A stretch of 64,000 bases of DNA from a bacterium (lineage in GTDB: Bacteria; Auribacterota; Erginobacteria; Erginobacterales; DAOSXE01). Under the pieces are notes generated by a model, which had not been told where the DNA came from, made no database searches, and saw only the letters and a list, made by a program, of their open reading frames with translations. The DNA lies in contig DAOSXE010000008.1 of the NCBI GenBank assembly GCA_035380285.1, positions 17,217 to 81,216 of the forward strand, read 5' to 3'. Shown one piece after another: positions 54,501-60,276 of this stretch; the stretch's first letter is position 1; every line of letters begins with the position of its first letter. Made by a program: the position numbers and the translations under genes.

Positions 54501-55566
54501 CACCTTCCAGATGTGGGTCTATTCGGCTTCTCCCGGTTCGATGGGGATCACCGCCAACTGGTACGTGGGCGGCTCCACCATCTACTGGGATACGGTCAAG
54601 TCGACCACGGCCAACCAGTGGGAACTTCTGACCGTCTCCTCGGTCTGCCTCGCCGGCGCCACCGACGCCCGCTGCGCCGTCCGCGGTTTCCTGGACGACG
54701 CTTTCTGCGGGTATGCCGACGACGGGGCCTGCTTCGAGGGGACCGCTCCCGTCACCCCGACTCCGGCCCCGCCCCAGGCGGGCGTGGTCGGCGATTACAA
54801 CGGCGACGGCACCTCCGACATCGCCGTCTTCCGTCCCTCCACCGGCCTCTGGGCGGTCCGGTCCTTCACCCGCGCCTATTACGGGGTGTCCACGGACCGT
54901 CCCGTTCCCGGCGATTACGACGGAGACGGTTCCTGGGAGATCGCGGTCTTCCGTCCCGCCGCCGGCAAGTGGCTCGTCTACGGGGGCACCTCCTTCTACT
55001 ACGGCACCGCCTCCGACCGCACGGTCCCCGGAGACTATAACGGCGACGGCACCGCCGAACTCGCGGTCTTCCGTCCCAGCCAGGGCAAATGGCTGGTGCG
55101 GGGCATGACTTCCGCCTACTACGGCGGAGCCGCCGACTTCCCGGTCCCCTCCGACTACGACGGGGACGGGGCGGACGACATCGCCGTCTTCCGCGCCGGG
55201 CAGGGCAAGTGGCTGATCCGCGACGTCCTCACCGCCTGGTTCGGAGTCTCCACGGACGCTCCGGTTCCCGCCGATTACGACGGGGACGGGGCGGACGACA
55301 TCGCCGTCTTCCGTCCCGGCCAGGGCAAATGGCTGGTTCGGAACGGGGCTTCCGTCTATTACGGCGTCTCTACCGACGTTCCGGTTCCCGCCGACTACGA
55401 CGGGGACGGGACCGCCGACACGGCGGTGTTCCGGGCCAACAAGGGCAAGTGGCTGATCAACAACCCCTCCGTGGCCACGATCTACTTCGGATCGTCCAAC
55501 GACAGCCAGGTCACCAACCCTTACCCGGGTCCGAAACCGACCCCGTCGGTCACTCCCACCACCTGA
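51556..55566 (+). CDS. secreted multidomain protein: N-terminal OB-fold-like beta domain, amidohydrolase-superfamily domain, PT linkers, CBM-like beta-sandwich domain, C-terminal FG-GAP/VCBS-like repeats
   Basis: RBS gggagaggag; signal peptide; PGLISTHDHL (HxH metal site); PTPMPTPTPP and TPTPTPEGYKTPTPPPTSTPTAPPSPTPEGYKTPIPTPTPS linkers; NLLPNPSFEYW..G.PDDW (CBM4/9/22-like); 7 FG-GAP-like repeats. The antisense 1722-aa ORF is rejected. Confidence 0.8.
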   Translation: MNRSALVTAGLLVFMAVVAASSWAVPISDIQNGTIPVGSTATITGVVNFVDSDIAQSSGNYDFYVADAAGAYNGICIYQGAYGVDIGDSVTMTGEVDEYNGKTELKSPTAFAINSRGNVPYAPVVVTAANFQNTEYDGCLVSLENVQVTNEDAGNGRWQIQPVGGGTAVTIDDELDYNYFPTNGDVFDSITGIVVRDTSASPNQILQPRFTADFAASSDIIPSYALHGTVVTMDSGFNVYENAYIVVDGDEIAEVTTSPPAVKVIDVDGLIFPGLISTHDHLAYDMWDFIPFTEAPDFVGRNEWAATQMYCDFKAQYSAFASYYDQIGKLVEVRMASSGCTVTQSQVSSRINHSDDGIAKLGIGILNGERYPGRCYDKVVGTTDASDWGDWHNAAVAGRVERYIVHLAETTDKGGDMINQWNDWKSFASFDGYDTIIHGINIPAAEYALFNHGTDVWGNPLQTVLSWACKSNMLLYDETADVGGALAQGAVVALAPDWTESGMPNMLAELNFCRWVAFENAWSIQTRTFVEMVTTNAAHGFGQSDRLGSIEAGKVANFMVIDNGPGDPYDDLLMVAGGGADADYRCGPQEVKLTVVAGRPIYGDGDLLTAANFPFLDPATIEDITICSAPKKLSIARHANIDGYGFDELFNDFYLTLWEKYQFSSKYPCDFLSYDPADVLPPTPMPTPTPPAGTYVIIAADDDACDHNSYFSADADYIYIGNRGGTSGVYTGGFRFENFNVPQGATITSAVLYMTQYPYSSKTSMGVTVYGDKSTNSAAFSSGDQPHERPSTTATVAWTFPAPAYEATITSPQLSAIVEEIVGQGGWSAGSPLTLLVQGNNPAVDQRNRVYSYNADPAKAAWLVVEYDAVTPTPTPEGYKTPTPPPTSTPTAPPSPTPEGYKTPIPTPTPSYVNLLPNPSFEYWTGGTPDDWTPVTGAVVAEETGTVHAGSKSLSLSVTGTAGTYGKGIYADAEPTVEGNTYTFQMWVYSASPGSMGITANWYVGGSTIYWDTVKSTTANQWELLTVSSVCLAGATDARCAVRGFLDDAFCGYADDGACFEGTAPVTPTPAPPQAGVVGDYNGDGTSDIAVFRPSTGLWAVRSFTRAYYGVSTDRPVPGDYDGDGSWEIAVFRPAAGKWLVYGGTSFYYGTASDRTVPGDYNGDGTAELAVFRPSQGKWLVRGMTSAYYGGAADFPVPSDYDGDGADDIAVFRAGQGKWLIRDVLTAWFGVSTDAPVPADYDGDGADDIAVFRPGQGKWLVRNGASVYYGVSTDVPVPADYDGDGTADTAVFRANKGKWLINNPSVATIYFGSSNDSQVTNPYPGPKPTPSVTPTT

Positions 55567-55590
55567 GCGTCGAACCGGACGGGACGAATA

Positions 55591-55626
55591 AGGGGCGGCG
55601 GCCGCCGGGCCGCCGCCCCTTTTTTC
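55591..55626 (+). terminator. rho-independent terminator (aggggcggcggc-cgccgg-gccgccgcccct + ttttt)
   Basis: Perfect 12-bp GC stem, 6-nt loop, T5 tail, 25 nt after the stop. Confidence 0.7.
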
Positions 55627-55654
55627 CGCCCCGGCCCCCTCCGGCCGCATTTCG

Positions 55655-55670
55655 TGGTATAGTATAATCA
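55655..55670 (+). promoter_or_regulatory. candidate extended -10 promoter TGgTATAGTATAAT for the subtilase gene
   Basis: TGn + TATAGT/TATAAT directly upstream of the SD ggaggggg and ATG 55681. Confidence 0.45.
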
Positions 55671-55680
55671 GGAGGGGGAT

Positions 55681-57903
55681 ATGAGAATCTTGTCGCTGAC
55701 AACGGTTTTCTGCGTGCTCGCCCCCGGATTGTCCGCTGCCGCCCCCTCCTCGGATCTCTCCGCATTCATTTTTTCCGCCGACGACCCGGCTCTGGTGCGC
55801 GGCACCGAGATTGCCGAAGCGTTTTTCCGAGACGGCGGGGAGGCGGGAGTGGTGGTCCTGCTGGAGAAGGGCGGGGCCGGGGGCGGTTCGGGCCCGGTTT
55901 CCCTCCGGGAGCGTCGGCTCGGGGAGGAGCGCTTCCGCGCCTTGGAGGACAAAGCCTTGGCGGTTTTCCCCCGGGGGAGTTTCCGTCTCCGCCACCGGTA
56001 CTCCGCCATCCCCGGTTTTTCGGGAACGGTGAGCCCGGAAGGGTTGGAGGCGTTGCTGGCCAGCGGTCTCGCTTTCTCCGTCGAGCCGGAGACCAGGATC
56101 GAAGCCTGTCTCCGTCAGGGGCTGGCCCTGATCGGCGCCGAGCGCTACCGCAGCCGGTTCGACGGTGCGGGGGTGGCCGTGGCCGTCTGCGACAGCGGAG
56201 TCGACTACCGCCACCCCCTCCTCGGCGGCGGCGGGTTCCCCAACCTCAAGGTCCTGGGCGGATACGATTTCGGCGACGGCGACGAAGATCCCTCCCCGGG
56301 GGGATCCGCCCATGGAACCGCCTGCGCCGGTATCGTCGCCGGGGCCCGGGAGGACGTCGGGGATTATATCGGCGGAGTCGCCCCCGGCGCCGGCATCTAC
56401 GCGCTCAAGATCACCTCGGGCGATTCCACCTCGGCCTCCTCCGGGGATATCGTCGCCGCCTGGGATTGGTGCGTCCGCCATCGCGACGACCGCCCCGGGC
56501 AGCCCCTACTGGTGATCACCCTCAGCTTCGGCGGGGGGAAGTTTGCCTCCGCCTGTGACGACTATTCTCCCGCGCTGACACAGGCGGCGGCCGCCGCGCG
56601 CGCGGCGGGGATAACCATCTTCGCCTCCGCCGGCAACAGCGGCTATTGCGACTCGGTCTGTTGGCCCGCCTGCGTCAGCGGGATCAATCCCGTCGGCGCC
56701 GTTTATGACGACGCCTTCGGCCCTATCGCTCCCTGCGTTTCCCAGGACAGCTGCCGCCCCGACAAAATCTACACCGACGGCTGCAGCACATCGTACTACG
56801 TTCTTCAGGAGTCGGAACCGGATCTGGTCGCCGCTTACTCCAACTCGTGGCCCCTGGCGGTTTTTCTGGCCCCCGCCGACCGGGTCCAGACCCTGGACAT
56901 AGCCGGCGCCGGGGGGTATACCGACGGGGATTATTATCCCGGTTTCGGAGGGACGTCCGCCGCCTGTCCCTATGCGGCCGGGGCCGCGGCCGTGGTCCAG
57001 GGCGCCTCCGTTTTCGTCAACGGGACGGCGCTCGCGCCTTCCGACCTGGAAGCGCTTCTGTGCGCCGCCGCCGTCAAGGTGGTCGACGAGAATACGGGGC
57101 AGGCCGCCTCCCGGATCGATCTGGAGAAAGCCCTTTGCACCCTCGTCGAACCCTTTCGGGACGTGGTCGGCGATTACAGCGGGGACGGCACCGCGGACGT
57201 GGCGATCTACCGCCCCCGCCTCGGGTTATGGGTCGTGCGCGGGATCACCCGGATCTGGTGGGGCCGCTCTGGGGATGTGCCGGTACCGGGCGACTACGAC
57301 GGCGACCGCACCTGGGAAGCCGCGGTTTTTCGTCCCTCCGCCGGGCAGTGGGAGATTCGGGGCGCCGGGTCGGTCTATTACGGCCGGACCGGGGACCTGC
57401 CGGTGCCCGCCGACTACAGCGGCGACGGCCGGTGCCAACCCGCGGTTTTCCGCCCCTCCACCGGAGGCTGGTTCGTGGGCGGGTCCTCTCCGTTGATTTT
57501 CGGCGGAGAGGGAGATACGCCTCTTCCGGCCGACTATGACGGCGACGGCCGTGCCGAGCCGGCGGTCTATCGGGCCGGCCTGGGCAAATGGATGTTCCCG
57601 GGATGCCCCCCGTTGTATTTCGGCAGGGAAGACGACCTGCCCGTGCCCGCGGATTACGACGGCGACGGGCGCGTGGACGTCGCCGTCTACCGGGCCCCCT
57701 CCGGCCGCTGGCTGGTCCGGGGAGTGACCGGCTGTTCCTTCGGCGCTTCCGGCGACCTGCCGGTTCCCGCCGATTACGACGGCGACGGCACCGCGGATAT
57801 CGCCGTCTTCCGGTCCGGCCGGTGCCGCTGGCTGGTCAAGGATGTCCTGAGCGCCTGGTTCGGCGTTTCCGGCGATCTGCCCGTCTCCGGCAACCTTCGC
57901 TGA
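55681..57903 (+). CDS. secreted subtilisin-like serine protease (S8 family) with C-terminal FG-GAP/VCBS-like repeats
   Basis: Signal peptide; catalytic triad motifs AVCDSGVD (Asp), HGTACAGIV (His), GGTSAACPYAAGAAA (Ser); then about 8 FG-GAP-like repeats; RBS aggagggggat. Confidence 0.85.
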   Translation: MRILSLTTVFCVLAPGLSAAAPSSDLSAFIFSADDPALVRGTEIAEAFFRDGGEAGVVVLLEKGGAGGGSGPVSLRERRLGEERFRALEDKALAVFPRGSFRLRHRYSAIPGFSGTVSPEGLEALLASGLAFSVEPETRIEACLRQGLALIGAERYRSRFDGAGVAVAVCDSGVDYRHPLLGGGGFPNLKVLGGYDFGDGDEDPSPGGSAHGTACAGIVAGAREDVGDYIGGVAPGAGIYALKITSGDSTSASSGDIVAAWDWCVRHRDDRPGQPLLVITLSFGGGKFASACDDYSPALTQAAAAARAAGITIFASAGNSGYCDSVCWPACVSGINPVGAVYDDAFGPIAPCVSQDSCRPDKIYTDGCSTSYYVLQESEPDLVAAYSNSWPLAVFLAPADRVQTLDIAGAGGYTDGDYYPGFGGTSAACPYAAGAAAVVQGASVFVNGTALAPSDLEALLCAAAVKVVDENTGQAASRIDLEKALCTLVEPFRDVVGDYSGDGTADVAIYRPRLGLWVVRGITRIWWGRSGDVPVPGDYDGDRTWEAAVFRPSAGQWEIRGAGSVYYGRTGDLPVPADYSGDGRCQPAVFRPSTGGWFVGGSSPLIFGGEGDTPLPADYDGDGRAEPAVYRAGLGKWMFPGCPPLYFGREDDLPVPADYDGDGRVDVAVYRAPSGRWLVRGVTGCSFGASGDLPVPADYDGDGTADIAVFRSGRCRWLVKDVLSAWFGVSGDLPVSGNLR

Positions 57904-57955
57904 CCGGGGGCCCGGTCCGGCCCCGGCGGAGTTATCCACAAACCTGCGGAAAGGG

Positions 57956-57963
57956 TGTATACT
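57956..57963 (+). promoter_or_regulatory. candidate extended -10 element TGTATACT upstream of the beta-helix protein gene
   Basis: GTGTATACTAT about 48 nt upstream of ATG 58012, with the SD aaggagg in between. Confidence 0.35.
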
Positions 57964-58011
57964 ATCCAGTGAGCAATTATTCGGAAGAATCGCCACCACA
58001 AGGAGGATGGG

Positions 58012-59325
58012 ATGAAAACGGTATTTCTAGTCGGCTGTACGATCCTCTTCCTCGCCGCTCCGGCTCTGTCGGCCGAAGACCTCCAGTCTCTCGTGGCCGC
58101 GGCCGGTCCGGACTCGGTCGTCGAGTTGGGTCCCGGTTGTTACCGGGGGCCCGTCAGGCTGGAGAAGGGGATGACCCTCTCCGGCGCCGGCGCCGGGTTG
58201 ACCGTCATCGAGGGGGATAAGGTCCCGGCCGTGATCGACGCCGCCGACGGTTGTTGCCTGCGCGGGCTTACGGTCCGCGGCGGCTCCGCCGGCGTTCGCA
58301 ATAACGGGGGCAGGTTGGGGGTTTTCGGGTGCGAGTTCGTCGATAACGCCGTGAGCGCGGTGTACGCCGGCGGCGGGGGCTGCATTCTGGTCAACAACCT
58401 GGTGCGGGGGAGCGGGAAACTGGGCTTTCAGCTCAGCGCCGTGGTGGCCCTGGTCGGCAACAACACCGTGGCGGAGCGGGAGACTGCCGTTCAGGCCTGG
58501 AAAGCCCCCTGGAGCTCCTTGGCGAACAATATTCTGGCTTACTCCGGCGTCGGTTTCGGACTGGAGGAGGGGGCTTCTCCCGATCTGTTCAACAACGATT
58601 TCTGGGCCAACGGCGCCGATACGTCCGCCGGGGAGTTTCTCCCGGAAAATCTTTACCTGGCGCCGGTCTTCGTCAACCCCGACTCCGGCGACTACGCGCT
58701 TTCCCCCGGCTCTCCCCTCCTGACCGCGGGGGGGGGAGCCGACTGGCTGCCGGCGCGCCTAGGGCCGCTGGTCGGCTGCGATCTTTCCCGCGACCTCGGG
58801 TTGGAGGAATGCCGGGAGATGATGGGCCTGTTGGAGCGGGAGATCATCGCCTGGAAAGGGGAGCTGGTATACGGTTTGGGCTCCGAGCCCGGCGAATTCC
58901 AGGTTCTGGTCCGCCAGGCCGGTCCCGCTTTCCGGGTAACCTCGTCCGCCGCCGGGACGGCGATCGACCGGGTCCAGGCCTGGGATGACGTTACCGACGA
59001 GGATCTGAAAAGCTCGGTGATCGAATCGGACCCGGCGGCAGTCGAAGTCAGCGGAGAGGAGGGGGGGGCGTATCCTTCGGCCCGGGGCCGCTATGTTCTC
59101 GACAGCGTCTTCAGCCGTCCCGAATCCTTTTTCCGCGGCGACGGCGGCGATCTCTGTTTCCGCCGCCAAACCAACATGCCCCTGGTCACGGTGGAGGTTC
59201 CTCGAGGGTGGGAGATATCCCGGGCGGAGCCCGAGGGCGAGACCGTTCCGGGCGGGGTTCGCTATCGCAACCCCGAACAGGAGTTGTTCGCCATCTCCTT
59301 GGATTTGATTCCTTCCGCGGAATAA
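58012..59325 (+). CDS. secreted right-handed parallel beta-helix repeat protein (pectate-lyase-fold; possible polysaccharide lyase/hydrolase)
   Basis: Signal peptide MKTVFLVGCTILFLAAPALSA; repeated G..V.NN...G segments (PbH1-like): LRGLTVRGGSAGVRNNGGRLGVFGCEFVDNAVSAVYAGGGGCILVNNLVRGSG... Confidence 0.65.
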   Translation: MKTVFLVGCTILFLAAPALSAEDLQSLVAAAGPDSVVELGPGCYRGPVRLEKGMTLSGAGAGLTVIEGDKVPAVIDAADGCCLRGLTVRGGSAGVRNNGGRLGVFGCEFVDNAVSAVYAGGGGCILVNNLVRGSGKLGFQLSAVVALVGNNTVAERETAVQAWKAPWSSLANNILAYSGVGFGLEEGASPDLFNNDFWANGADTSAGEFLPENLYLAPVFVNPDSGDYALSPGSPLLTAGGGADWLPARLGPLVGCDLSRDLGLEECREMMGLLEREIIAWKGELVYGLGSEPGEFQVLVRQAGPAFRVTSSAAGTAIDRVQAWDDVTDEDLKSSVIESDPAAVEVSGEEGGAYPSARGRYVLDSVFSRPESFFRGDGGDLCFRRQTNMPLVTVEVPRGWEISRAEPEGETVPGGVRYRNPEQELFAISLDLIPSAE

Positions 59326-59357
59326 ACCCGGATACGCGACGGGAGGCTTTCGCGGCC

Positions 59358-60269
59358 ATGTTCGACGCGGTGGGGATAGGGCGTTGCTGTCTCGATTATC
59401 TGGCGCTGGTGGACGGTTTCCCGGCGGAGAATTCGAAGGTGCGCGCGCTCCGGCATGCGGTTGAAGGCGGAGGACAGTCGTCGACGGCCATGGCGGCTCT
59501 TTCCCGGTTGGGGCTCGCCGCCGCTTTTGTCGGAGTGGTGGGGGACGACCCCGAAGGTGTTCTGGTTCTGGATGGTCTGGCCGCCGCCGGCGTGGATGTC
59601 TCCCGGGTGCGCGTGGCCCCCGGAATCAGGACCCCGGTTGCCCAGATCGTGATCAATACCCGCCGCCGGTCCCGAACCATCGTCTATTCGGATTCGGCCC
59701 CCCACCTCCTCGACGCCTTGCCTTGCCCGCTCGACCTGCTGGCCGGCGCCGGCTGCCTCATGGTCGATCCGTTCGGGACCGGGCTCGGTCTCCGGACGGC
59801 GCCCGGTGCGCGCGCCGCGGGTGTCCCCGTCGTCTACGACCTGGAGCACACGGCCGAAGGAGTGGGGGGGATGATCGCTGCCAGCGATTACGTCATCGGC
59901 TCCCGCGATTCGCTGGCGCTGCTGGGGCTGGACCGGCCCGAGGCGGCGTTGCGGGAGCTGATGCGCCGCGGTTGCCGGAGAGCGGCGGTCGTCACCCTGG
60001 GCGAAGAAGGCAGCGTGGGGACCGACGGAGCTTCGGTCCGCCGCCAGCGTGCCTTCCCGGTCGACGCCGTCGACACCACCGCCGCCGGGGACGCCTACCA
60101 TGCCGGTTTCGCCTACGGAGTGGTTCGAGGTTGGGACCTGCCCGAGTGCATGGAGTTCGCCGCCGCGGTCGGAGCCCTGGTCTGCCGGGAGGTGGGGGGA
60201 AGAAAATCGCTGCCCACGCTGGCGGAGGTGGAGCGGCTGTTGGCCGGGAGCGGGTCCGGTGGAGCCTAG
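59358..60269 (+). CDS. PfkB-family carbohydrate kinase (ribokinase-like)
   Basis: GIGRCCLDYLALVDGFPAENSKVRA ...; C-terminal DTTAAGDAYHAGFAYG (PfkB signature 2 with catalytic Asp). RBS gacgggagg; the ORF from 59208 is an extension. Confidence 0.75.
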   Translation: MFDAVGIGRCCLDYLALVDGFPAENSKVRALRHAVEGGGQSSTAMAALSRLGLAAAFVGVVGDDPEGVLVLDGLAAAGVDVSRVRVAPGIRTPVAQIVINTRRRSRTIVYSDSAPHLLDALPCPLDLLAGAGCLMVDPFGTGLGLRTAPGARAAGVPVVYDLEHTAEGVGGMIAASDYVIGSRDSLALLGLDRPEAALRELMRRGCRRAAVVTLGEEGSVGTDGASVRRQRAFPVDAVDTTAAGDAYHAGFAYGVVRGWDLPECMEFAAAVGALVCREVGGRKSLPTLAEVERLLAGSGSGGA

Positions 60270-60276
60270 AACGGTC

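Noticed and set aside
51313-56481. 1722-aa ORF on the minus strand spanning the amidohydrolase-FG-GAP and subtilase genes
   Set aside because: It is antisense to two well-supported plus-strand genes with recognisable catalytic motifs. Its translation is G/D/V/P/R-rich low complexity with no domains. Long antisense ORFs are expected when the sense strand has GC-rich third positions.
57904-57930. Terminator after the subtilase gene (ccgggggcccggtccggccccgg)
   Set aside because: An imperfect GC hairpin can be drawn, but there is no downstream T-run. It is kept only as a weak possibility and not listed as a feature.
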